Virus record (IMG/VR): IMGVR_UViG_3300026269_000011
Span: 1 to 25,676 of that record
From: a virus
Taxonomy: Duplodnaviria; Caudoviricetes
Strand: one strand, 5' to 3'
DNA: 25,676 nucleotides
Shown: positions 1-8,348 of the stretch, piece after piece
How positions within the stretch are numbered: position 1 is the first letter of the stretch
How the letters are laid out: the number at the start of each line of letters is the position of its first letter
Position numbers and translations under genes: made by a program
Notes under the pieces: model-generated
What the model saw: only the letters and a program-made list of their open reading frames with translations
Database searches by the model: none
Told to the model about the DNA's origin: nothing

Positions 1-496
1 ATTCTGATTCCCAATCTTCTAAAGCACGAGGCTTACATTTGAGTGCCTGTAATTGGTACTCTACATTAAAGACCTGCGGTCCAGTCTTCAATCTTTTAAA
101 ATAAACGTCCCAGCCAGCTTCATTATCTGTTGGGTTGCCTAAGTCTTCCATAGCGACTAGAATTTGGTCGAAAAGTTTTCTTTTCAGGTTAACCACTTTG
201 ATCTTATTGTCAGAGTAGTCGATGCCTTGGACTGCATAAGCCCAACCACATTTCAAGTCAGGGTAAAAATCACGAACGTGATCGTGTTCCTTGTTGTTAA
301 AGGTTTCGGTTGCCCTATCGAACGACAAACATTCCATTGGAATATTTTTGTTGTTCTCGCCTTTAACCCAATAAACATAACGAGGAAGCAGATCGCCTAC
401 TAGACGAACTTTGTGATCCTCTCGGTTGCCAAAATTGTAGGTTTCAATTTTGTCTTTTTGGGCTGAGCCCTTGGTTTGATTAAAGCTAATTGCCAT
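1..496 (-). CDS. D11: T5 D11-like ssDNA-binding/recombination protein (3' end runs off the window)
   Basis: Not in the ORF track. Manual translation from ATG 496: MAISFNQTKGSAQKDKIETYNFGNREDHKVRLVGDLLPRYVYWVKGENNKNIPMECLSFDR...LKCGWAY...KKKTFDQI...GWDVYFKRLKTGPQVFNVEYQL, open to the edge. GGAG RBS upstream. Position after D10 plus one ORF matches T5. Confidence 0.85.
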   Translation of the reverse strand, partial: MAISFNQTKGSAQKDKIETYNFGNREDHKVRLVGDLLPRYVYWVKGENNKNIPMECLSFDRATETFNNKEHDHVRDFYPDLKCGWAYAVQGIDYSDNKIKVVNLKRKLFDQILVAMEDLGNPTDNEAGWDVYFKRLKTGPQVFNVEYQLQALKCKPRALEDWESE

Positions 497-896
497 AATT
501 TTTCTCCGTTATTGTCTCCTCAAATTTAAAGTAAATAAACCCTTCTCTAATTTCGAGCAGTCTGTTTTTTCTAATAATGTCCTCACTAACTTTACAGAAA
601 ATGAGGTCTAAAGTAGTGTCTTTAGTTTTTACGTACTCATGATAATTGCGATATGATGCGACACCAACATATTCCGCAACTTCTTTATCACTATACTGAG
701 CACGACCAGTAGTAAGTAGTTTATCTGGGTTTATCAGAAAACTACTACCACCAAAATTCTTTTCATAAAACTTGAATGTTTTATCATAATAATTCTTAGG
801 TGTAAGTCTATAAGTAATTATTCTAAGGATTGTAATAATATCACCAACATTTCCGTTGCTCGCTTCTACAATCTTTTTCCAATTATAATATATCAT
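486..896 (-). CDS. Conserved T5-like hypothetical protein between D10 and D11
   Basis: 136-aa ORF (GSSFLINPD...AEYVGVASYRNY) at the syntenic position of the T5 gene between D10 and D11. Confidence 0.75.
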   Translation of the reverse strand: MIYYNWKKIVEASNGNVGDIITILRIITYRLTPKNYYDKTFKFYEKNFGGSSFLINPDKLLTTGRAQYSDKEVAEYVGVASYRNYHEYVKTKDTTLDLIFCKVSEDIIRKNRLLEIREGFIYFKFEETITEKNYGN

Positions 897-898
897 AT

Positions 899-927
899 AT
901 TATACCAAAAATACAAGCGTTTGTCAA
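899..927 (-). promoter_or_regulatory. sigma70-type phage promoter P1
   Basis: TTGACA (927-922), 17 nt, TATAAT (904-899), preceded by AAAAAATAGTGC. Confidence 0.85.
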
Positions 928-969
928 GCACTATTTTTTCTCTGCTCAACACATTCCTTTCAAACCCCG

Positions 970-2250
970 TCATAATACTCGTACCTTATAATCTTGTTTT
1001 ATGTAATAACCCATTCTGGCATTTGCCTGCCTAGTAGCTGTTTTACCTTTTAAATGAATATCTACAACAGTAGGCTGTAACTTGCCTTCTTTTTGTCGTA
1101 TTACTCTACCAATTAACTGTGTTAATAGTGGTTCATTATTTACTGGTGTAGCCAATACTAGACAACTAAGATCATCTAAAGATATACCTTCTGAAAATAT
1201 CGCTTGTGTTCCAAACAGTATATTTTTAGATCCTCCAATTAGTTTCATAGTTTTTTCTCTTTCTGCAAATTCCATATCCCCTGTAATACATACTGAATTA
1301 TCTCCTACCAATCTATGACAAACTTTTAGAAATGCAACTCTGTCCGATACTACTAATACTTTGTGCCCTTCGGCTGCATACTTAGAAGCAATCAAACTTA
1401 TACTATGCACATACTCCTCTGTATTTACTAGATGATTAACTCTCTCAGCCCAAGGTGTATAAGAGCCATCTAGAAATCGTACTTCCGATTTAATGACATC
1501 AACCTTTGGAGTCATATAATTCTCTTTAGGCGGTTTTAAAACATTGTGCCCAAAGTAATCCCTAAATACTACATGCCTACCATCTTTTCTTTCTAATGTT
1601 CCTGTTAGTCCCACTTTATATCTTGCAGGCATTTCATCTATTATTCGGGTAAATGTAGGGGACGAAACGTGATGCATCTCGTCTAAAATTACTGTCCCGA
1701 ACAAATTTTTTATCTCTGGGATACGACGGTATAAAGTCTGAATGTTCCCGATAGTTATTGGGGGTGAAGTGTTCATTACTCCTGACCCGATTCTGCCAGC
1801 TTGTATCCCGAAAGCTTTGTGTACTTCTTTTTCCCATTGGTTCCTCAAATTGGTTGTATGTGTTACTACTAGTGTCTTTTGTCCAAGTTTCTTAGCTATT
1901 GCTAAAGCTGCTACTGTCTTTCCCCAACTTACCCAAGCGTTAATTATAGCGCTGTCTTCTACCTCATCAACTGTCATTTTTTGACTTTGCCTTAAAGTAA
2001 ACTTAAAGTCAGGAAATTGTACTGGCATTTTAATCCTCTTATCGATAATCTCGTAATCGTCTGGGACTAAATCCGTCCTTCCCATTGGTATAGAAACTAA
2101 ACCATCTCTTAAAGGTCTAATTGTTTTTAATACCATAGGAGGATCTTGAGGCATACGAGGAGGTAATGTATATGTAAGCTCTTCCTCCATTTCTGTAAGC
2201 AATGCAGTATTTCCTTCTATTTGTATTCTGTTACTAAAAACTGCTTTCAT
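970..2250 (-). CDS. D10: D10-like superfamily 2 (DEAH/UvsW-type) helicase
   Basis: Motifs WGKT, DEMHH, LTGT, EGISLD, QLIGRVIR. Likely start MKAVFSNRI at 2250 (ATGA overlap with upstream ORF), similar to the T5 D10 N-terminus. Confidence 0.92.
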   Translation of the reverse strand: MKAVFSNRIQIEGNTALLTEMEEELTYTLPPRMPQDPPMVLKTIRPLRDGLVSIPMGRTDLVPDDYEIIDKRIKMPVQFPDFKFTLRQSQKMTVDEVEDSAIINAWVSWGKTVAALAIAKKLGQKTLVVTHTTNLRNQWEKEVHKAFGIQAGRIGSGVMNTSPPITIGNIQTLYRRIPEIKNLFGTVILDEMHHVSSPTFTRIIDEMPARYKVGLTGTLERKDGRHVVFRDYFGHNVLKPPKENYMTPKVDVIKSEVRFLDGSYTPWAERVNHLVNTEEYVHSISLIASKYAAEGHKVLVVSDRVAFLKVCHRLVGDNSVCITGDMEFAEREKTMKLIGGSKNILFGTQAIFSEGISLDDLSCLVLATPVNNEPLLTQLIGRVIRQKEGKLQPTVVDIHLKGKTATRQANARMGYYIKQDYKVRVL

Positions 2251-2345
2251 TTGTCCTTCCATGCAATATAGAATAGTATCGCACACATACTGAACAAAAA
2301 CAAGTAGCCCCCAACTATGGGCATAGGTAATTCTTGAGGGGTCAT
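2247..2345 (-). CDS. Small single-pass membrane protein (32 aa, not in ORF track)
   Basis: MTPQELPMPIVGGYLFLFSMCAILFYIAWKDK*. ATGA overlaps at both ends (2342-2345 and 2247-2250) and it exactly fills the gap. Confidence 0.65.
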   Translation of the reverse strand: MTPQELPMPIVGGYLFLFSMCAILFYIAWKDK

Positions 2346-2614
2346 ACCAAATACATACTTATATAAGTTTTCGCTAGGAATAGTAAACCTACTCCATTTA
2401 GTAAAATTAAAGCTCTATCTTTCCATACAAGAGATACTATCAACCAGAGAAACACTCCAATAGTTGATAACGTTAGATCCCATTCTGTTAGATGAGGAAC
2501 TCCTCTTATAGACATAGCACAGAGTATAATTACACTAGCTACCCACTTTAAGTACCAATCGTAAGTAGTTGTTCTATATCTACCCCATAATTCTGATGCT
2601 TTTTGATTTTTCAT
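2342..2614 (-). CDS. Small 3-TM membrane protein (DUF6552/PnuC-half-like)
   Basis: WYLKWVASVIIL...GVFLWLIVSLVWKDRALILLNGVG, three hydrophobic segments. Confidence 0.7.
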   Translation of the reverse strand: MKNQKASELWGRYRTTTYDWYLKWVASVIILCAMSIRGVPHLTEWDLTLSTIGVFLWLIVSLVWKDRALILLNGVGLLFLAKTYISMYLV

Positions 2615-2808
2615 TTTGTGTGTCTCGGTAACTTTGCTTCTACAAACATTTCATGTTTATTTTTTACTGGGTTAAACTTTCTTAGTCTAAGTTTTTTACC
2701 ATCTGAAAGCATACTTGCTGTTTTGTGTGTTGTATAGTGGTAGGTATGGCTATCCCTTGACTCCCCTTCTGGAATCATATATACTATTTGTTTTTTTCCT
2801 TTTGCCAT
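2611..2808 (-). CDS. rpmG: 50S ribosomal protein bL33 homolog (Cys-free type)
   Basis: MAKGKKQIVYM...YHYTTHK...KKLRLRKFNPVKNKHEMFVEAK aligns by eye to bL33 (MAKG...HFYTTTKN...[21 protein letters not shown]). No Cys. Confidence 0.85.
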   Translation of the reverse strand: MAKGKKQIVYMIPEGESRDSHTYHYTTHKTASMLSDGKKLRLRKFNPVKNKHEMFVEAKLPRHTK

Positions 2809-4325
2809 TATATAATTGTTCTAATAAATTGTGCTGCTTGTTGTCTCCACTTAGGACTCAACTCAGGGTGGTTATTATCCCAAGGACTAGACCAACCCAC
2901 TTTTTGAGTTCTTAAGCGTACATGTTCGGGTAAGTAATCTTTCATTACTTCCCGCATTAAAAATTTGTTTGTACCTTTGTGGTACTTCTTTGTTTGTCTA
3001 AACTTTACACTTCCTTTTATACTTAAACAATACTTAGCAAAGGACTGAGTAAGTAAAGGAATTCTACTTTCCATTCCAAACATTCCCGCAGTCTGATCTG
3101 TTGCTAGTATATTCTGTTCTGAAGTACATAGTAAATCTGTAAACAAAGTATTACTTAATAAATCGTCTCCAAATGCTTTATATGGAAACCATCGTTGTTG
3201 CTTAAAGAATTCAACATGGTTTTCATTATGTCCATCATTCTCTAATCTATTTTTGTGATGATTGTATCCTGTGAACAATTCATCTCCGCTGTCTCCTGAA
3301 AGAATTACTTTACACCCTGCTTCTTTCGCTGCTTGGCATAATAAATATCTAGGAGCTTGTCTATTATGATCAGACCACATATAATGTGTATTTGCTAACC
3401 ACATCTTTCCAAAGTGTGCCCTGTCATCTCTATCTAGGGTTACTCTGTGTACTTTATATCCCCAATCTCTAGCAGTTTTAACTGCCATATCAGATTCCCA
3501 AGCGTGTTCTTTATGCCCCCAATGTAATCCTTTTTGACCTAAGTTATATCCCATTGTAAAAACTTCTATATCTACATCAGAATCTCTTAAAAGGGAAGCA
3601 ACTATTGTACTATCCATTCCACCACTTAAAAATAGCGCTGTCTTATTTATGTTTTTTGCAACTTTATTGACTGCTTCTTTGATATTAAACCTAAACTCTG
3701 CTGTGTCTAGCTTCTCAGATCCAATATCAAAAAAACTCCATAAGTTCCTTCTAGTTAATTTAAAATTATCGTTTAAATCAAACTCTAACCACCCGCCTGG
3801 CTCTACCTTATAGATAGACTTGTAAATGCTTTGATCTCCAAAACTTTGAGTATTCTTTAAAAACTTCGCATTGAATTTAGACTCATCAATTTCTTTTCCG
3901 AAAAAACTAGTCAAAGTTGTACTAAATTCAAACTGCGCTCCGTCCCATCTCCACCATAAAGGTTTCGCCCCAAAATGATCTCGTATTAGAACTAATTTGC
4001 CCTGCTTAGGTAGGTACCACGCGATTGATCCATGCCAATCTGTATGCTCCAAAAATTTGAATCCATACTTGTCCAATGCTTTTCCTAGCCATTCTGTATC
4101 ATTGGGAATTGTCGTGTCATACATTTCCCCATTAAACAATAATACATTACCTTTAGGTGTTATATAAGGCTGTACTTGTCTTTCTCCATTGATGTCTAAA
4201 AGTACATGAGCAAAGGCAAAATTTTCATCACTCCAATACTCAAGAGCATCAGGTCCGCGATGCTCCTGTTTTTTAATCATCATCTCTATTAGAGGGTGAT
4301 TAGTAGTTCCTGCAAAACCGCACAT
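2808..4325 (-). CDS. asnB: Asparagine synthetase B-family glutamine amidotransferase
   Basis: Start MCGFAG at 4325 (Ntn Cys2, TAATG overlap). Motifs HRGPD, FNGEMY, RDHFGAKPL, PP-loop LSGGMDS, SGDSGDELFTGY, GMESRIP. Confidence 0.9.
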   Translation of the reverse strand: MCGFAGTTNHPLIEMMIKKQEHRGPDALEYWSDENFAFAHVLLDINGERQVQPYITPKGNVLLFNGEMYDTTIPNDTEWLGKALDKYGFKFLEHTDWHGSIAWYLPKQGKLVLIRDHFGAKPLWWRWDGAQFEFSTTLTSFFGKEIDESKFNAKFLKNTQSFGDQSIYKSIYKVEPGGWLEFDLNDNFKLTRRNLWSFFDIGSEKLDTAEFRFNIKEAVNKVAKNINKTALFLSGGMDSTIVASLLRDSDVDIEVFTMGYNLGQKGLHWGHKEHAWESDMAVKTARDWGYKVHRVTLDRDDRAHFGKMWLANTHYMWSDHNRQAPRYLLCQAAKEAGCKVILSGDSGDELFTGYNHHKNRLENDGHNENHVEFFKQQRWFPYKAFGDDLLSNTLFTDLLCTSEQNILATDQTAGMFGMESRIPLLTQSFAKYCLSIKGSVKFRQTKKYHKGTNKFLMREVMKDYLPEHVRLRTQKVGWSSPWDNNHPELSPKWRQQAAQFIRTII

Positions 4326-4636
4326 TAGTTTCCGTCCCAATTAAGGTCAGTAACTTTTGCTTGTTTTACTTTCCAATCTTTCCCCTCAATTTCTTGCCAG
4401 TCAATTATTGTATTAACGTCTATATCGTCCCATCTCTGAAACTCTATATCATAGCATAGTAACTTTTCGTCTGACGCATTTTGTGTCCAATGCTCTCCAA
4501 ATACTTTGCCTTTTTCTGGTAAGAATTCCCAGCAAGTAGTTACTTCTCTCTTTTTAAGTTCACCACTAATTAGACTTGTGTACTCTAATAAGATAATGCC
4601 TTCGTGCATTCTTTCTATAATTTTTTGTAAATCCAT
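4325..4636 (-). CDS. Hypothetical protein, possible WYL-like/SH3 fold
   Basis: GIILLEYTSLISGELKKREVT...YDIEFQRWDDI resembles phage WYL_2-type proteins. Confidence 0.6.
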   Translation of the reverse strand: MDLQKIIERMHEGIILLEYTSLISGELKKREVTTCWEFLPEKGKVFGEHWTQNASDEKLLCYDIEFQRWDDIDVNTIIDWQEIEGKDWKVKQAKVTDLNWDGN

Positions 4637-4935
4637 TATGCTATCCTATGTATGTTGATACACCAGTGCCAGGCATCAGTTTCCTGTAACCCTCTACAAT
4701 GCTCAAACATATCCATTGGAGGGTCTATAATCTGCTGCTCTATTTCTTCTTCTAGTTCTCTTTCGATTTCTAGTGTTCTCTCAGTTTCTTCACACAGATA
4801 AGTCCCTCGTTTATCTGTATAACACAGCCCGTCTATTGGTTCATACACTTGACAACTTACTAGCATTAAACCAATGCCTAGTATTATCATAATTGCCAAC
4901 CATTTGCGTGTTCCGTTTTTCAAATCTTTCTCCAA
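4636..4935 (-). CDS. Putative lipoprotein
   Basis: Basic N-terminus, hydrophobic stretch and lipobox-like LVSC, with further Cys pairs. Confidence 0.6.
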   Translation of the reverse strand: MEKDLKNGTRKWLAIMIILGIGLMLVSCQVYEPIDGLCYTDKRGTYLCEETERTLEIERELEEEIEQQIIDPPMDMFEHCRGLQETDAWHWCINIHRIA

Positions 4936-5498
4936 GTGTCCTTTTTCTTTTCTTCAGAAAATTCGTATATTTTCCAAGGGATTCCAGAGTCGTATAAAAC
5001 CCCTGCCCAAGTAATTTCTATATCGGGCGGGCTTTTCTCTGCGAATGGAAAAGGTACATCTTTTAACCACAAGACTGTGGCTATTCCTTTCTTCTCTCTC
5101 TTAGATATTTTATGATATTTTAACTTAAGACTTCTAGTCTTTTCATAGTTTATGACTTTTCCGTCATTATCAATAAATGTAGTTCCCCTGTGTTTCATTA
5201 GTCCAATTTCATCTTCGATCATATACTTTAAGGGATAGATACTTTTCATTGGACTCTGTAATCTTCTTGCCCCTAAAGTTTCGCCTGGCATATTCAAGTC
5301 ATCTAAGACTTGATCCTCAATCCAGAGTATACCATCTATTACTTCGGTATTATCTGTGTGTATAACAAATAAGGGGAAGATTAAGTCCCTTATAGTATAC
5401 GCTCTGGTTTTTTGTAGTCTCATACATCTTCTCTGCGATTGTTGCCTTCTTCTTAACTTTTGATGGAATCGTCTTCTATGTCCAGTCATATTGGTCAT
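4920..5498 (-). CDS. Conserved T5-like protein normally found between DNA polymerase and D10
   Basis: FPLFVI...VLDDLNMPGETLGARRL...FIDNDGKVINYEK resembles the T5 post-polymerase protein. Start uncertain (5498, 5489 or 5423). Confidence 0.7.
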   Translation of the reverse strand: MTNMTGHRRRFHQKLRRRQQSQRRCMRLQKTRAYTIRDLIFPLFVIHTDNTEVIDGILWIEDQVLDDLNMPGETLGARRLQSPMKSIYPLKYMIEDEIGLMKHRGTTFIDNDGKVINYEKTRSLKLKYHKISKREKKGIATVLWLKDVPFPFAEKSPPDIEITWAGVLYDSGIPWKIYEFSEEKKKDTWRKI

Positions 5499-6144
5499 AG
5501 TCCATTAGCCAATGTGATAAAATTTTCTCCGATTCTTTTCTATTTTCAGGTTCGTAAACCCATCTGTAACCTTTATATCCCCAGTTATCAATATGCTCCC
5601 CAATAAAGTGTAAGTTTGGTTCGTGTTTTGCATGTGTTAGGAGTATTGGGTGTCCGTCTGCGTACATATCCATCATGCCATTCTGTGTGCCTGTAATCTT
5701 TAATCCCCATTCAGGAGCCCACATATGACATACTGCTTTAGATTTTGGTGTAGGAAACATAGATATTCGCATATCTACTATTGTACATTTATCCCATACT
5801 GGATAACCGTATTGCTCACCTGTTTCTACATTTACATAGTTATGACTAAAGGGAAGACAAACTCTAGTACAACCTAGTAATTTTTTATACCCCATGCCAC
5901 CTTCATTTTCCCAAATCATTATAAAATGAGCATCTTCATCATGCTCATCTACTGGGTTCATAATACGTTTATTCCATACTACGAATTGATTTATTCGTTG
6001 TTCAACTATTGCATGCCACTCTGCTTTTGTTAAATCGCAAAAGTGTCTAATCTCTTTAATGATACTATCACTATGCTCTTCTTTAATCTTTATAGCTTGT
6101 CGCTCTTTGCCTCTAGGTATCTTTATAATGTGCTGCTGTTTCAT
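5476..6144 (-). CDS. ElaA-like GNAT acyltransferase (divergent)
   Basis: RHFCDLTKAEWHAIVEQRINQFVVWNKRIMNPVDEHDEDAHFIMIW...LLGCTRVCLP follows the ElaA N-terminal pattern. The C-terminal half is divergent. Confidence 0.55.
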   Translation of the reverse strand: MKQQHIIKIPRGKERQAIKIKEEHSDSIIKEIRHFCDLTKAEWHAIVEQRINQFVVWNKRIMNPVDEHDEDAHFIMIWENEGGMGYKKLLGCTRVCLPFSHNYVNVETGEQYGYPVWDKCTIVDMRISMFPTPKSKAVCHMWAPEWGLKITGTQNGMMDMYADGHPILLTHAKHEPNLHFIGEHIDNWGYKGYRWVYEPENRKESEKILSHWLMDYDQYDWT

Positions 6145-6160
6145 TTTTGTATCCTCTTAA

Positions 6161-6781
6161 TTATTTTGCTTCGCCTGCATTTCTATAAACAGCCCGTAGC
6201 CTAGTCTGTTTATCTTGTGTGTTTAACATTCCATAACCTGGTCTGTTATCTTTCATATCTAAGGGACTATTCTTTTCAACATAATGTAAAAATAGATGCC
6301 TAGATGTTTCATGTTTTAAGGCATCTCTGCCATGAAAAGTCTCATGTCCTTTAAAGAATAGAGCATCTCCTCTTTGTAAAATTACTGAGGCAGATGGTTC
6401 CCATTTACCTCCAAGGTATGGTTCTGCAAAATGTATAGGCCATACCCCTTCACTTATTTGTATAGTCGCGGAATACTCACATTGCCAACGATCTCTATGG
6501 TATTTAAGGACTGCGCCCCTTTGATACTCTCTCATAATTCCATAAGTAAGACTTAAATCTATCCCCATTTGTTTACTTATAATAGGAGCTTTATATACTC
6601 CTATAGCTTCACAAAAGCTATCTCCGTATAGATCAAAGGATTTTCCTTGTCTAACTCCGTTAATGTCTCCATAATGACATCTTCCATTTTCTTTCTGAAA
6701 TTCAAAATGTTGTTCTAGAAGATCGCAAGTTTCTTTCTCTAGGAAGCCTTGATGTATTTCCCAAGTTATATTACTATCCAA
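6161..6781 (-). CDS. 2OG-Fe(II) oxygenase
   Basis: LKYHRDRWQCEYSATI (HxD), GDALFFKGHETFHGR (distal His), LFLHYV. Confidence 0.85.
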   Translation of the reverse strand: MDSNITWEIHQGFLEKETCDLLEQHFEFQKENGRCHYGDINGVRQGKSFDLYGDSFCEAIGVYKAPIISKQMGIDLSLTYGIMREYQRGAVLKYHRDRWQCEYSATIQISEGVWPIHFAEPYLGGKWEPSASVILQRGDALFFKGHETFHGRDALKHETSRHLFLHYVEKNSPLDMKDNRPGYGMLNTQDKQTRLRAVYRNAGEAK

Positions 6782-7565
6782 CTGAATCTTTCCCTATCTT
6801 TTGCTCTATATCAAAAAATCTAGTATAATATTCTTTTCCTTCTTGGTATCTAAATACAGCGTCTTTTGCTAGTTTATTAGCGTTTTGAAATTCTCCACAC
6901 TTATAGCATTTTCCACATGGAATATAACCAGTAATCTCATTATCTTTTCCATGTAATGTTCCTTGAGGAAAGATACAATACCAAATCATTTCATATAACT
7001 TTGGATCAACTCTCATTATCAAAGAAAGCATCTCTGCTTTAGACATAAAATCTAATGGATTTCTTATCTCTGGTACTTCTTGGATTGCAGGTAAATGCAC
7101 TCCAGATGTGTCTAAACAATCACTTAGATAGTTTATCATAATTTTACGGTATTCTCTGAATTGTAAACGCATACGCATATCATCTTCAGCATTACCGCCC
7201 ATCATAAACCACTTGAATTTAAACTTACCTGGACTACCAATTACACATTGCATAAAAGCACTCAATCCATTTATAATAATTGGAACTTCTCTAGTGTGTC
7301 CTATAGTAGAAAGCATACTGGTATCGTTTCCATACGGTAAACCAAAGTACTCAGCTTGTTTTCTACTATAAAAAGCCATTGCATCAGCAAACCCTCTATA
7401 GCGTGGTTCGTACCAATGTACACACCACGGAAATATCTCTGGGTCTTTTACTGCGTATAATAGTGTAGCTGTGCTTTCTACACCAGCACTAAGAGGCATA
7501 TAAGCATTAGTTCTAGGATCTGCACTTGCTACTTGCTCCGCAATTTCCTCAGATGTCATAATCAT
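6774..7565 (-). CDS. QueC-like PP-loop ATPase with C-terminal Zn site
   Basis: LSAGVESTA (variant of SGGxDS), PLDFMSKAEM, WYC...PCGKCYKC. Confidence 0.75.
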   Translation of the reverse strand: MIMTSEEIAEQVASADPRTNAYMPLSAGVESTATLLYAVKDPEIFPWCVHWYEPRYRGFADAMAFYSRKQAEYFGLPYGNDTSMLSTIGHTREVPIIINGLSAFMQCVIGSPGKFKFKWFMMGGNAEDDMRMRLQFREYRKIMINYLSDCLDTSGVHLPAIQEVPEIRNPLDFMSKAEMLSLIMRVDPKLYEMIWYCIFPQGTLHGKDNEITGYIPCGKCYKCGEFQNANKLAKDAVFRYQEGKEYYTRFFDIEQKIGKDSVG

Positions 7566-7744
7566 CTGCTAATCCACCATTTTAATACTGCATCATTTAA
7601 ATGTTTCCCGCCTATCTTAAGCATTACTGCAATAAGGCATAAGCACATTACTGCGAATGAAGGATTGTCGGGGGCTAATATCATGCCTATTATACAAAAT
7701 AATACCATGATTTTGTTTATATGTTTTTTAACTGTTTCTATCAT
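7562..7744 (-). CDS. Small 2-TM membrane protein
   Basis: 60-aa hydrophobic ORF overlapping both neighbours. Confidence 0.6.
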   Translation of the reverse strand: MIETVKKHINKIMVLFCIIGMILAPDNPSFAVMCLCLIAVMLKIGGKHLNDAVLKWWISR

Positions 7745-8348
7745 AATTTAATATCTCATAGTCTTTCTGATAGAATTTTTCCATCAGTTTTATACTATCT
7801 TTGCTCCATTTTATTGGTCTGTAAGTATTATTGGGAACACTAAAGTCATGCCGAGGCTGAATATTTAATGCTTCCCAAATCGTTTGTTCTTCTAGCTTAT
7901 GTACTTCTGCTTTACCTATAAAGTCTACTTGTAAATGTGGAAAATTCATATCCACTAAATACGGTTCATTATCTACTACTGTATTAGGTACATCATACAT
8001 TAACCCATATATCATACGGTAAACCCACTCCTCAAAAGGTGTATGTACTAAGTTAGTCCATACAAAGAAGCGGTAGATACTCTCAAACCTTGCTTGAGGG
8101 TGTCTTACTACAGTATAATACTTATAGTCAGGATAAAACTGAATCATCTCATGGTACGTAGCGTGCTTCTTCTGAAGTTCTTTAGTACCATGAGTGACTG
8201 TAGTCGTCTTTTGTATAGCTTGTTTCATTGGCTGCGGATTGACCATTGCCGTAGCACTTCTATACTTTACTGCAAGAGCTCGTTCAACACTTGTTCCACC
8301 TGTTCGAGGTATGTGAACAAACCCTAATCTAGCTTCATTTACTAGCAT
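7728..8348 (-). CDS. Sulfotransferase family 2 protein
   Basis: 5'-PSB FVHIPRTGGTS, 3'-PB VRHPQARFESIY, C-terminal FYQKDYEILNY. Likely start MLVNEAR at 8348. Confidence 0.85.
   Translation of the reverse strand: MLVNEARLGFVHIPRTGGTSVERALAVKYRSATAMVNPQPMKQAIQKTTTVTHGTKELQKKHATYHEMIQFYPDYKYYTVVRHPQARFESIYRFFVWTNLVHTPFEEWVYRMIYGLMYDVPNTVVDNEPYLVDMNFPHLQVDFIGKAEVHKLEEQTIWEALNIQPRHDFSVPNNTYRPIKWSKDSIKLMEKFYQKDYEILNYDRNS

Noticed and set aside
2808-4325. AsnB as a lasso-peptide cyclase
   Set aside because: It has an intact N-terminal Cys glutaminase domain, and no B1/B2 proteins or precursor peptide are visible
6774-7565. Complete 7-deazaguanine DNA modification cluster
   Set aside because: No dpdA, folE, queD or queE in the window. 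They cannot be excluded elsewhere in the genome.
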